The position numbers and the translations under genes are program-made. Of a stretch of 64,000 bases of DNA, positions 51,942 through 60,956 are shown piece by piece. The notes beneath the pieces were generated by a model. The model had not been told where the DNA came from. It saw only the letters and a program-made list of their open reading frames with translations, and ran no database searches. Origin of the DNA: a virus; the IMG/VR virus record IMGVR_UViG_3300034107_000725, positions 129,991-193,990 of that record; one strand, 5' to 3'. Every line of letters begins with the position of its first letter. Position 1 is the first letter of the stretch.

Positions 51942-52520
51942 ATGACGCAGTGGTGGCAATACTGGCCTAGGCATTTCAGTGACGCGGAGTGCGACAAAAT
52001 TGTATCCTTGGCTGAAACGATTCCACCTACTGAGGGGAAGATCGGCCACGGTGGCGGCAATATCAAAGACGATGTGATCCGACGAAGTACCATTCGCTGG
52101 ATCAATCGATACGATGGGCGTTTCTTCTCGTTCTTGGGCAACATGGAGCTGCTGCTCCACCAAGGCAATAAAAACGCTTTCGGGTTTGATCTGACGATGT
52201 TTCATGAGATTCAGTTCACTGAATACCATGCAACCAATGAAGGTCACTACGCCTGGCACCACGATACGCACTGGGAAGGCCCTCAGTTGATTCAACGTAA
52301 GTTGAGTATGGTAATTCAACTGAGCAACCCTGCGGATTACGAAGGTGGACGTTTTGAATTAAGCAAAGACGTCTGCAGAGAAGTACCCAATCCCGATGCT
52401 ATTCTGCCTCGCGGTACTGTCATCATATTCCCGTCGTTTCTACTTCACCGCGTAACCCCTGTTACAAGTGGAATTAGAAGATCGCTAGTTACATGGATGG
52501 AAGGCCCTTGCTTCAGATAA
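51942..52520 (+). CDS. 2OG-Fe(II) oxygenase, prolyl-4-hydroxylase / PKHD-type
   Basis: IQFTEY...GHYAWHHDT (HxD), RKLSMVIQLS...YEGGRF, FPSFLLHRVTPVTSGIRRSLVTW (distal His, 2OG-binding Arg). Confidence 0.92.
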   Translation: MTQWWQYWPRHFSDAECDKIVSLAETIPPTEGKIGHGGGNIKDDVIRRSTIRWINRYDGRFFSFLGNMELLLHQGNKNAFGFDLTMFHEIQFTEYHATNEGHYAWHHDTHWEGPQLIQRKLSMVIQLSNPADYEGGRFELSKDVCREVPNPDAILPRGTVIIFPSFLLHRVTPVTSGIRRSLVTWMEGPCFR

Positions 52521-52529
52521 GAGGAATTC

Positions 52530-52958
52530 GTGAGCAACTGTAACATCGATCTGTCGACTGGCATTCACTACGGCGTAATTCGTTGGAATGACGCTGCTGG
52601 CTTGCTTTTTAACTGGTGTGATCGTTCCACTGCATACGCCAAAAATTGCAAGTGTCGTAAAAACTGCCGTTGTGAAAACGACGGCAGTTACTATCAAGAT
52701 CACGAGTATCTTTGCCATGCAAACAATTGTGGCGAGATACTTGTATTGAAGAGTCCGTACTACACTTTGTGTGGCCCGTGCTCTCCTTGTGTGCCCAACG
52801 CAGGCGACTTGACATCTACCAACGGTGTTCTTCCGTCGTACTGTCTTGGGCCGGAGTGGTTTGATATGGATGAAACACCTTACGCTGTTCTTGCTGTCGC
52901 AAACAAACAACTTGGTGTTCCTTACAAACGTAAAAGACAGAACCCAGTTAGACGCTAG
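52530..52958 (+). CDS. Hypothetical Cys-rich phage protein
   Basis: NIDLSTGIHYGVI; KSPYYTLCGPCSPCVPNAGDL; GTG start with GAGGA RBS. Confidence 0.65.
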   Translation: MSNCNIDLSTGIHYGVIRWNDAAGLLFNWCDRSTAYAKNCKCRKNCRCENDGSYYQDHEYLCHANNCGEILVLKSPYYTLCGPCSPCVPNAGDLTSTNGVLPSYCLGPEWFDMDETPYAVLAVANKQLGVPYKRKRQNPVRR

Positions 52959-52973
52959 CCGGAGGTCTACGCT

Positions 52974-53282
52974 ATGCCAGATCTTGATGATCTAATTAAC
53001 GAAATCTTGAAACCCCCCAAGCAACCTCGGCCCAAAAAAGCTGGGGTTGCTTTGTCTACGAAGCATCCAGTGGAAGAAATACTGGATCTCCACTACAAAC
53101 CCGTGACTCCCAGAAAAACCCTACCGACGTGTACCGCCTGTCTTCGCAAGCTCGAAGCCGGGCAAAAGCATTGGTACTACCACGACAACAGTTCGCTGTA
53201 TTGGTGGTGTGTAACCTGTATGCAAACACAGTGCGGTCTCTATCCTCCAGAGGAACGCAAGTATGTCAAAGCAAATCCCTGA
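52974..53282 (+). CDS. Hypothetical zinc-finger protein
   Basis: CTAC...CVTC; GGAGG RBS. Confidence 0.6.
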   Translation: MPDLDDLINEILKPPKQPRPKKAGVALSTKHPVEEILDLHYKPVTPRKTLPTCTACLRKLEAGQKHWYYHDNSSLYWWCVTCMQTQCGLYPPEERKYVKANP

Positions 53283-53475
53283 CTTTATCGTTCGCAACGA
53301 AGTGAACGATACAAGTACACAGCTTCGAATTCAAAAGATTGGCAACGGCTTTGTTGTAAAAGCCGGAATTGAACCAATCTTTTACCCAACCATTGAAGAC
53401 GCTGCGGACGCCATATATCACGGCGTTCTGGCTATTGAATGGGAAGTGCCCTCTAAGACAAGGAAACCAAGATGA
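53263..53475 (+). CDS. Hypothetical protein
   Basis: GAGGA RBS; IQKIGNGFVV. Confidence 0.55.
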   Translation: MSKQIPDFIVRNEVNDTSTQLRIQKIGNGFVVKAGIEPIFYPTIEDAADAIYHGVLAIEWEVPSKTRKPR

Positions 53476-53990
53476 CAGACGAAACAAGCATTCCAAACAT
53501 GCCAAATGATGATGCTGAACGTGCCGAAATATTCCTCAGGTACCGGCAAAAAGAGGCAGAGGATAGAATCGCTGCCAAGAAAAAGCTGCAGAAAATTCTC
53601 GTCTTTCTGCGAGAACACCAAGTAGTGTCTTTCGGGATGACCTATAAAGGCGAAAGCGATAGCGGTTGTATAGAAAAAGCCAATCTCTACGATAGAACAT
53701 TTTCAGCCGATGATCTGAGTGAAGTGGAATACGAGGAGGTTGACGGTGAGAAAGAAAAAGAAATTCAGAAAGCTCTCATCAATCGTATGAGTCAGTCACT
53801 CTTGGATGATCTGGCAGATATCTTGATAGATCTGCTTGTACCTTTAGGGTATGAGATTAACGATGGTGGTCAGGGTGTCATTGTTTTGAATGTGGCTTCC
53901 GGCGAAGTGATCGGTGAGCACGGTTCAAACTATGTAGAGTTTACTTCACTCGAAATCAATCTTGATACGGAGGCTTCAGATGAAGTTTGA
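53472..53990 (+). CDS. DUF6878-like protein
   Basis: YKGESDSGCIE...GYEINDGGQGVIVLNV pattern; linked to a DUF6915-like gene. Confidence 0.6.
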   Translation: MTDETSIPNMPNDDAERAEIFLRYRQKEAEDRIAAKKKLQKILVFLREHQVVSFGMTYKGESDSGCIEKANLYDRTFSADDLSEVEYEEVDGEKEKEIQKALINRMSQSLLDDLADILIDLLVPLGYEINDGGQGVIVLNVASGEVIGEHGSNYVEFTSLEINLDTEASDEV

Positions 53991-54249
53991 AAGAACGATG
54001 TACATAGCCAGCGTGCCAGTGCTTGACCCAGATTCAAAACTCTGGGTTCACGTGGAGATTCGTAAGTGTCAAGACTCAGGTGCGATGGTGGGGATTGATG
54101 AATCTTTTCTGGAAGATACAGACAAGCTAGTTCGCAATCCCTACAAACGCGGCTACCTCACGACCGAATTTGATTACAAAAGCCGGGAAGACTGCGACAA
54201 GCCTGGCGACAACCAGCCGCCCGGGGACTTGACATGTTCTACGTCGTGA
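53980..54249 (+). CDS. Hypothetical protein
   Basis: GGAGG RBS; VHVEIRKCQDSGAMVGIDESFL. Confidence 0.55.
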   Translation: MKFERTMYIASVPVLDPDSKLWVHVEIRKCQDSGAMVGIDESFLEDTDKLVRNPYKRGYLTTEFDYKSREDCDKPGDNQPPGDLTCSTS

Positions 54250-54377
54250 TCGACAGCGAGGACGGCACACCCTATCTCACCTGCGAACCCGGTCCGGACG
54301 ATACGGTCGTGTTCCAGTCGGAATCGCAGGCAGAGGCCGAGCGATGGTTGTGTGGTGAGTGCCAACGTGGAGACTAA
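54234..54377 (+). CDS. Small hypothetical protein (47 aa, below the ORF-track cutoff)
   Basis: MFYVVIDSEDGTPYLTCEPGPDDTVVFQSESQAEAERWLCGECQRGD; GGGGA RBS; fills the gap between neighbours. Confidence 0.45.
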   Translation: MFYVVIDSEDGTPYLTCEPGPDDTVVFQSESQAEAERWLCGECQRGD

Positions 54378-54401
54378 CCCTAACAAGATCAGGAGTAAGT
54401 A

Positions 54402-54815
54402 ATGCCGACATTCAAGATTGAATACGGGATGGATGTGCCTGCCTACGGTCAAACCTTGATTCATGCTCGTAGCGTGAAACAAGCTGAAGCTCAGGCTCGT
54501 AAGCTACATAGGGAAGGCAATTTGATTGACGCCTGGAAGCCAATCGGCGAGATAAGCAAAAACCACGAAGTCCTTGCCATCTCTCGTGATTGCGACAAGG
54601 AATGGAAGCGAGTCTCTGACGGCTTTCCGCTTGACGAAGTTGAAGTCAAAGAAGTTGAAGCATCTCCCGGTTTATCGATCTGGATTGCCTATGACCCAGA
54701 TCAAGGTCGGATTGTTGGCCACTCCGACAACGCAGCAGGAGCCGTTTTGCTGCGTGGCCGATACCCGTATTTGCTAATGGGCCAAGTTCGCCTACCGTTG
54801 AACACCGAGGAATAA
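54402..54815 (+). CDS. Hypothetical protein
   Basis: AGGAG RBS; 137 aa. Confidence 0.6.
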   Translation: MPTFKIEYGMDVPAYGQTLIHARSVKQAEAQARKLHREGNLIDAWKPIGEISKNHEVLAISRDCDKEWKRVSDGFPLDEVEVKEVEASPGLSIWIAYDPDQGRIVGHSDNAAGAVLLRGRYPYLLMGQVRLPLNTEE

Positions 54816-54816
54816 C

Positions 54817-55230
54817 ATGGCTCACCCTTATCACCACGCTTTGAGTAGCGTCAAGAAATATGGTGGATCTGCCCAGGACTACCTGGCAATCCATGAGTTC
54901 TTCGACGAAAGCAAATCCCACTTTGCCGACTTCCGGCATCGAGCCCTTCGACATCACTCGGAGGGTATCTTTATGGCTGAACGCCTGTTTGGTAGCACGA
55001 TTACCAACAGCGACGGTCGTGTTGTCCCTGTGCGGTTCATTGCAGAACAGCACGTAATAGAAGATTGTGGGTTTATTCCAACCCTTGCGGACTGGCTAAA
55101 AACCATTCAGGCAGAACCGTGGATGCGGCGTGTAGGGAAAAAACTTGGGATAAGTTCTTTTGAATCCCCATCCAGTGAACCCGTACCGCCTTTTGACCCG
55201 ACCCCTGTAGACTTCGTACTTACTCAGTGA
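54817..55230 (+). CDS. DUF6915-like His-rich protein
   Basis: MAHPYHHALSSVKKYGG...DYLAIHEFFDESK...DFRHRALRHHSEGIF..E..FG...AEQHVIED. Confidence 0.75.
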   Translation: MAHPYHHALSSVKKYGGSAQDYLAIHEFFDESKSHFADFRHRALRHHSEGIFMAERLFGSTITNSDGRVVPVRFIAEQHVIEDCGFIPTLADWLKTIQAEPWMRRVGKKLGISSFESPSSEPVPPFDPTPVDFVLTQ

Positions 55231-55254
55231 TTCTCAAACCGAAGGAAACTTTCC

Positions 55255-55731
55255 ATGTCCGGATACGAAACCCCAATTGATATCATGCCGTCGGTTCGTC
55301 CAAGTAGCGGCAATCTGGATAAGTCGCACTACATGCGACGTTTAATCCTGGACAACCCAAATATCACCGCAGAAGAGGCATCTGCCGCTTTTGCGTTTTA
55401 CGATGAAACCGTATCTCGCTGCACGTACAATCTCGTGCGTGCTCAGATTTACGGACCAAAGTTCACTAAAAGGAAGTCTCGCAAGAGAAAGGCTGCAAAA
55501 ATTGTAATCGCCTCTGTTGAACCCAAGCCAGCACCGGCTAAATCAAATCTGGAGCAATCAAAGCCAGCAGCCGTGCAGCTGATAGGCATAGACGCAGCTC
55601 CTGTTCTACTGGGATCGGCTAGAGTGATCATAGCTCGATTAATACAGTTAGTCCAAAGCAGAGACATGGCTAGCTTATCGGATATTTCATCCGAGCTGCA
55701 TGTTCTCGCGACGAAGCTAGCCTATCAGTGA
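55255..55731 (+). CDS. Hypothetical basic (possibly DNA-binding) protein
   Basis: GAAGGA RBS; KRKSRKRK tract. Confidence 0.6.
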   Translation: MSGYETPIDIMPSVRPSSGNLDKSHYMRRLILDNPNITAEEASAAFAFYDETVSRCTYNLVRAQIYGPKFTKRKSRKRKAAKIVIASVEPKPAPAKSNLEQSKPAAVQLIGIDAAPVLLGSARVIIARLIQLVQSRDMASLSDISSELHVLATKLAYQ

Positions 55732-55840
55732 CCGTGTAGAAGTAGACCAAGTCCTGGTTGAGTGTTGGTGTAACACCGGTTTCCGTGTATTCTTTTGCTG
55801 TTACTCACTCACGTGTAATGGCAAGCAAAAAGGTACAAAC

Positions 55841-56380
55841 GTGATTCTCACTGGAAGCAAGATACTTCAAGCGGTTTTAGAAGGCAAGATTCAAATCTCG
55901 CCGTTTGTCGCCGCTCAACTGAATCCTAACAGCTACGACTTAAGGTTGTCGCCGCATGTTATGGAATATACCGACACTGTGCTGGACGCTGCTCGTGAAC
56001 CCACTGTTCACGCCTATCAAATTCCAGCGGAAGGTTTGGTGCTACAGCCAGGCCGCCTCTACTTGATGGCAACTATTGAGCAGACCGGTACAAAACACTA
56101 TGTCCCAGGAATTGAAGGCCGCTCTTCAGTAGGTCGACTGGGTATCAGTGTGCACGCAACCGCGGGGTTTGGTGACGTCGGATTTGACGGCACCTGGACT
56201 CTGGAGGTTTCTGTTATCAAACCAGTCCGCGTCTATGCCCAGATGCGGATTTGCCAGGTCTATTTTATGTCCTGTGCAGAACCTACTGCTGACGATCTAT
56301 ACGTTGGTAAGTACCTGCACCAAGAACTACCCAAACCAACCCGGATTTGGACCGAAAAAGAAGAATGGCTGCGTAGCTAA
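55841..56380 (+). CDS. dcd: dCTP deaminase
   Basis: LNPNSYDLRL, EGRSSVGRLGISVHATAGFGDVGFDGTWTLE, MRICQV..., Y.GKY. Confidence 0.93.
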   Translation: MILTGSKILQAVLEGKIQISPFVAAQLNPNSYDLRLSPHVMEYTDTVLDAAREPTVHAYQIPAEGLVLQPGRLYLMATIEQTGTKHYVPGIEGRSSVGRLGISVHATAGFGDVGFDGTWTLEVSVIKPVRVYAQMRICQVYFMSCAEPTADDLYVGKYLHQELPKPTRIWTEKEEWLRS

Positions 56381-56431
56381 CTTCTTAAAATCCGGAATTA
56401 TGCAGGCGACAATGTGTTTCCTGCACCCACT

Positions 56432-56463
56432 AAACCCGTAGCCAATGTGGTTGCGGGTTTTTT
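56432..56463 (+). terminator. Rho-independent terminator
   Basis: AAACCCG-TAGCCA-ATG-TGGTTG-CGGGTTT followed by TTT. Confidence 0.75.
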
Positions 56464-56481
56464 CATAGATGGAGTGATTCG

Positions 56482-57465
56482 ATGTCCAAGAAAATCGCAA
56501 ACCTGCACACACCAATGGAACAATATGCCCTTGATTCGGGAATTCATGTAGAGTCTAACTACATGGATTGCTTGCAGGGTAAGGTTATAAACTTGGCACT
56601 GGAGTGGCTGATCCCGCACCCAGAGCAACAACGTAAAATCATACCTACTCTAGTGAACGCCATTAGGTTGAATTTTACGTGGTCTCTGTTTGGTATGCCT
56701 ACCGTCATAGTTAGTGAGTGTGCACCCTATCACTACGTAGTAGATGGAAACCATAGAGTCACAACGGCCAAAACAATCTATCCGCAAGGTATAGACGAAA
56801 ATGGTAACCCCATCATAATTGGCTGTATCGTACCAACTGGAGCCACGCTTCTTAATGCGTGGCAGCAATTTGTCGGACTCAATGGCGGTATAGACGGCAG
56901 GACTCGGAAGTCCGTAAATAGGGATCAGGTGTTTGAAGCCATGTACCGAGCCCAGCAACCTGTGCAGGTTAGAGTGACTACACTCATACGCAGTATAGGT
57001 CTGGACATACACTGGCCTAGCCAAGGTACTCCCAGGATAAGATCTGACACTGTGTCTACACCTTCGACCTTTGGCGAATGGTATAGGCTGATGCAGGATA
57101 AACGATTCCGTGAAGCATTACGCATTCTGCGTATGTTCTTGCGTGCGGATGACGCCGCAGCGGACTGCCTGTGGACAAAAACACTTACGCGAGATTTTCT
57201 TGTGCCCCTAGGCAAGGCGGTCCACAGCTGCCCATATCCCGTTGAAGTCATAATGGGAAATGTAGATTTCTACGCAAAAAGGGCTCATGAAATCATAGCC
57301 TACGCAGGCACTCAAGAAGCTAGAGAAAAGTACGGACAAGATGCCCGTTCTGGCTATGGCTTTAGAGAAATTGTCAAGTGCTTACTTCTAGAGATCTTTA
57401 ACCGCACCGCGGTAAAAGAAGTCAAGACGTTTACTGTTCGCAGTGCCAAGTCAAAAAGCAAGTAA
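56482..57465 (+). CDS. ParB/sulfiredoxin-like domain protein
   Basis: FGMPTV...YHYVVDGNHRVTTA (DGxHR) followed by a helical C-domain. Confidence 0.7.
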   Translation: MSKKIANLHTPMEQYALDSGIHVESNYMDCLQGKVINLALEWLIPHPEQQRKIIPTLVNAIRLNFTWSLFGMPTVIVSECAPYHYVVDGNHRVTTAKTIYPQGIDENGNPIIIGCIVPTGATLLNAWQQFVGLNGGIDGRTRKSVNRDQVFEAMYRAQQPVQVRVTTLIRSIGLDIHWPSQGTPRIRSDTVSTPSTFGEWYRLMQDKRFREALRILRMFLRADDAAADCLWTKTLTRDFLVPLGKAVHSCPYPVEVIMGNVDFYAKRAHEIIAYAGTQEAREKYGQDARSGYGFREIVKCLLLEIFNRTAVKEVKTFTVRSAKSKSK

Positions 57466-57492
57466 TAACCCTTGCAAAAGGATGGAACCTGC

Positions 57493-57606
57493 ATGAGTCA
57501 AGATGAAGACGAAACACTGCACACAATTGTTGCAGTGTTTGTCTTACTGTGCGTAAGCGTATGTGGTATTGAACTTCTTGCCACATACTGGTTTCAAGTT
57601 CCGTAA
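57493..57606 (+). CDS. Small single-pass membrane protein (37 aa, below the ORF-track cutoff)
   Basis: MSQDEDETLHTIVAVFVLLCVSVCGIELLATYWFQVP; GGATGGA RBS. Confidence 0.45.
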   Translation: MSQDEDETLHTIVAVFVLLCVSVCGIELLATYWFQVP

Positions 57607-57623
57607 TCTAAAAGGAAAACACA

Positions 57624-58337
57624 ATGAGTGATTCACCCGTCGTAAAAGAAGCCCGCTCAATGGACTTCATTGAAGAGTGTCTGTACCAGCATATCGGGGC
57701 CTGGCCACAACGCTGGAAGTATCGGCTATATCTTTCGGAGACTGGGGCTAGTCGTATAGCCTCTATCGCCGGGTATATCGTCGGACTTAAACACGGTGGA
57801 AATGACAAGCTGGCAGAAGCTCTGTCTTTGGATTTTACCCGCTGTCTGGAATACCTTTGCCCTCCAGACAATGTAAAAATCATTGATTTGAGCACAGGCC
57901 TGTTTCAAGACTCCGAAGTAGAACTGAACCCAAATTCACAAGTGATAAAGGTTCCGGCAACCAAGGTCATCTTGTTTGATGACGGTTGTCTGCACAGCTT
58001 CGGTTTTAAGATATACCGCCCATTGGCTCCTGTAGTCTATGAAAAGGTATTGAATCGTCACGCCAAGGGAATCGAGGGAGAGAAATCTGAAGGCAACCAG
58101 GTGTGGGATACAGCTCATGGCCGCACGGTAAAAGAGCTGATGATTGTGGAGCGTATGAATCCGCGAGACCCATATTCGGAAGAGCTTACGGAGCAAAAAT
58201 ACAACCTGGAAACCGGGTTCAAAAAGATCTACTATGTCCCAGGTTACCACGGTGGATTAATCTACCAAGGACCCGGGGCCGGACAAACCTTTAGTGTGAA
58301 TCTGGATCGTTCTACCTTCTGGGGCATCCATACTTGA
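57624..58337 (+). CDS. Hypothetical protein, DUF4120-like C-terminus
   Basis: FDDGCLHSFGF...HGGLIYQG...WGIHT pattern; AAAGGA RBS. Confidence 0.55.
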   Translation: MSDSPVVKEARSMDFIEECLYQHIGAWPQRWKYRLYLSETGASRIASIAGYIVGLKHGGNDKLAEALSLDFTRCLEYLCPPDNVKIIDLSTGLFQDSEVELNPNSQVIKVPATKVILFDDGCLHSFGFKIYRPLAPVVYEKVLNRHAKGIEGEKSEGNQVWDTAHGRTVKELMIVERMNPRDPYSEELTEQKYNLETGFKKIYYVPGYHGGLIYQGPGAGQTFSVNLDRSTFWGIHT

Positions 58338-58442
58338 CACTAAAGTTGGCAGAGTCATGCTGAGTAGGGCTTTCCTACCGGGTGCTAGTTGGTATCATGC
58401 TCGGTATGGTTACTGACTAGCATCCCGCTTTTGGAGATCGCG

Positions 58443-58751
58443 ATGGAGTTGTATGGAGGCCCAGGCAAACGCAAGAAGCGTAATCCACCCGATCCGTATT
58501 GGGTAAAATTCATAACACCAGAAGAGAAAGAGAAAAAACGGATTGAACGCTGGCAGTCCGTGGCTATTGCCGATAGTGGTTTACCCGTTCGCGTAGCGAA
58601 CATCATGGAAAAACACGGCATATTAACGGTGGGAGACCTGTTGCAGCATACCCTGGAAGATTTGCAGCAGATTGCCAATCTAGGCGATATCACCATCCGC
58701 CGGTGTGGTTTACTACTCGATAAACTCGACTTACCCCATCATCTCAAATGA
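58443..58751 (+). CDS. Stand-alone RNA polymerase alpha-subunit C-terminal domain (alpha-CTD) protein
   Basis: IADSGLPVRVANIMEKHGILTVGDLL...LQQIANLG matches the RpoA CTD HhH pattern (LELTVRSANCL...IGDLV...NLG). Confidence 0.82.
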   Translation: MELYGGPGKRKKRNPPDPYWVKFITPEEKEKKRIERWQSVAIADSGLPVRVANIMEKHGILTVGDLLQHTLEDLQQIANLGDITIRRCGLLLDKLDLPHHLK

Positions 58752-59518
58752 GTGAAGTACTTGTTGTCATACCGACAATTGTTGAACATCCGCATAAGTA
58801 CTACCTGCTTAGCCAGCTTTATCACGAAAAGTTGGTCAAGCGTGTACTCATAGTTGACAACGGCGATTGTTTCCCCGGTGGGGTAAAAGACAAACGACTT
58901 ACCCCGGCCTGGAGTAAGATTCAAAGGATCAGGCCCAAGTGTAATCTGAACTGGCTACACTCCTGTAACCTTGGAGCGGCTATCGCTCTGGAGAAAAGAA
59001 TTCCTTATGTCTGTTTCCTGAACGATGACGTAAGTATTTCTCGTAACTTTTTTGAAAATCTTCTGGTCGCGTTTGATCACAATCCAGACGCAGCCGTCGT
59101 TGTACCAAGCTACAATGGCGAATTCAGTCCAGCCGGTCACGACGATCGTCACCAAAAAGACTGGACCCCGACACCTGAAGACATTTCTGTACCCTACACG
59201 GACGGTACCTGCATGGTACTTGCCCTCAAGACAATTGAAACTGTCGGGTTTCTGGATCCGACGTTCCGACACCCTGGATGGGGAGCTGATGTAGATTATG
59301 CCTACCGCACCATCGCTGCCGGTAGCAAAGTTTATATCACGCGGAGAGCCATGCTATGGCACAGATCAAAGATAGGGGGCACCTCAGCGGCACAAATCTA
59401 CGGAAGTAGAGACAAGTGGACCGCCAGAGGCTGTCAACAAGCTCGAGAAGACCTGGAAGACAAATACGGTACTGAGTGGCGAGAGTTATTATCACTTCCG
59501 CCAAACAGTTATGCATAA
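58748..59518 (+). CDS. Glycosyltransferase family 2 (GT-A)
   Basis: VVIPT...LIVDNG, CNLG, YVCFLNDDV, DGTCMVL...VGFLDPTF...WGADVDYAYR. Confidence 0.9.
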   Translation: MSEVLVVIPTIVEHPHKYYLLSQLYHEKLVKRVLIVDNGDCFPGGVKDKRLTPAWSKIQRIRPKCNLNWLHSCNLGAAIALEKRIPYVCFLNDDVSISRNFFENLLVAFDHNPDAAVVVPSYNGEFSPAGHDDRHQKDWTPTPEDISVPYTDGTCMVLALKTIETVGFLDPTFRHPGWGADVDYAYRTIAAGSKVYITRRAMLWHRSKIGGTSAAQIYGSRDKWTARGCQQAREDLEDKYGTEWRELLSLPPNSYA

Positions 59519-59522
59519 CCCT

Positions 59523-59552
59523 AAAACCCCCGGCAAATTGCTGGGGGTTTTT
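59523..59552 (+). terminator. Rho-independent terminator
   Basis: AAAACCCCCGGC-AAATT-GCTGGGGGTTTT followed by T. Confidence 0.8.
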
Positions 59553-59568
59553 CTTTGGAGCCAGACTC

Positions 59569-59877
59569 ATGGCAGACACAGAAAAGAAACTTTATTATGT
59601 GGAGCGATTTGGGCTTTGTCGCTACTGTGGCGACGTAGCTACAGATCCTTTGTTGTTGCAGATGTGCTACGTCCGAAACAACCGAACTGCTGTTCAGTTT
59701 TTTGAGGCTGAAGCTCTTTGGAAAAACGCGTGCCTGGAATGTGTAAAAGAGTTGGCATTTAACAAATTGCCAAATCTGCAACCCACTCACGCACCTCCGA
59801 TAACCAGTGCTAAAAGAGCCAAAGAAGAAAATGGCCCTTGGCTAGATAACGCCATCCGTGCGATGGAAGATAACTGA
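59569..59877 (+). CDS. Hypothetical zinc-binding protein
   Basis: GGAG RBS; CRYC...CLEC. Confidence 0.6.
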   Translation: MADTEKKLYYVERFGLCRYCGDVATDPLLLQMCYVRNNRTAVQFFEAEALWKNACLECVKELAFNKLPNLQPTHAPPITSAKRAKEENGPWLDNAIRAMEDN

Positions 59878-59896
59878 TCTAAGAAAGAAGGCTTTG

Positions 59897-60139
59897 ATGA
59901 GTGCAACGCCGCAGAGCAAACTTACGCCCGCACGGGCAAAAAAGATATTGATCGAAGAGATGAACCGGCTCGAGATTCCCTACTCAAAGTTGACTGCTCA
60001 GACAGTTTGCTTTGGAGATCTGGTTCGAGCAAATTGTCTGTTCGTCAAAATCTATGAATTCAACACGCCGCAACATGCGGAAAAACTAGAAGCAATAGCA
60101 CGCAAACACGGGTTTCGCGTTCAACTGAAGAAAGGCTAG
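59897..60139 (+). CDS. Hypothetical protein
   Basis: Preceded by the AAGAAAGAAGG junction motif. Confidence 0.6.
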   Translation: MSATPQSKLTPARAKKILIEEMNRLEIPYSKLTAQTVCFGDLVRANCLFVKIYEFNTPQHAEKLEAIARKHGFRVQLKKG

Positions 60140-60142
60140 AAC

Positions 60143-60391
60143 ATGACACCGGTTGAACGATGGTACGTGACTGGATGTGGCAATGAATGGCGGCTGACGT
60201 CCGGCAACGCCAAAGTCGTCGTTTGGCTGGACAACGATGAGGAAACTTACCTGGCAAGGATTCTCAAGCACGGTGGGAAGTGGCTTAAGGCCGGTAAGTT
60301 TAGCGACCTCAAAGAGGCTAAAGTCTTTTGCATGGCAGAACTAGGAAAACTTGGCTCATGCTTGGAGGTGAGTGATGACAGCTTTGCGTGA
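60143..60391 (+). CDS. Hypothetical protein
   Basis: 82 aa; AGAAAGG RBS. Confidence 0.6.
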   Translation: MTPVERWYVTGCGNEWRLTSGNAKVVVWLDNDEETYLARILKHGGKWLKAGKFSDLKEAKVFCMAELGKLGSCLEVSDDSFA

Positions 60392-60956
60392 CATGACGAT
60401 TGAGGAGTTCTGCAACAAAAATGAAGCCTGTCAAGAGGGTCGAGAATGGGCTTTGACGAACTGCAAAACCATGCAGGAGGTGTGGCATACCGTTAGTGAA
60501 CACAGTTGGCTCATGTGGATCGCTATTCAGACTGGTGCGGTAACCGACAAAAATCTACGGCGTTTTGCTGTGTTTTGTTGTCGAGATGTCTGGCATCTTT
60601 TAACGGACGAACGTAGCCGTAATGCTGTCGAAGTTGCGGAGCGATACATTGTCAACCCTCGCAACAACAGCACAAACAACACAGAGCTAGCCAGAGCGTG
60701 TCTATCTGCGGAATCTGTACTCTCTGGGCTGCCTGTTGGCAAACATCGGGCAGCCGCAAATGCTGCAGTTGCGGTAACCTACAGTCCAAGATATGCGGTA
60801 GCACACACGGAATTTCTTACAACACAAGCTGCCGCTGCGGACGGTCCGAGGGGCGTTGAAAATATTGTAAGAGGCGATATGGCTCGCAAACGTAAGGCAG
60901 ATTGGCTCAGGGCCAATGTAACACCCGACTTTACCGAGAAAAGAAGGTCCAAATGA
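60375..60956 (+). CDS. Imm5-like helical protein, paralog A
   Basis: LRRFAVFCCRDVWHLLTDERSRNAVEVAERY followed by Ala-rich helices. Confidence 0.5.
   Translation: MTALRDMTIEEFCNKNEACQEGREWALTNCKTMQEVWHTVSEHSWLMWIAIQTGAVTDKNLRRFAVFCCRDVWHLLTDERSRNAVEVAERYIVNPRNNSTNNTELARACLSAESVLSGLPVGKHRAAANAAVAVTYSPRYAVAHTEFLTTQAAAADGPRGVENIVRGDMARKRKADWLRANVTPDFTEKRRSK

Noticed and set aside
55732-55840. Possible tRNA in intergenic gaps (also 51026-51175 and 58338-58442)
   Set aside because: No cloverleaf, T-loop GTTCRA or acceptor stem could be built.
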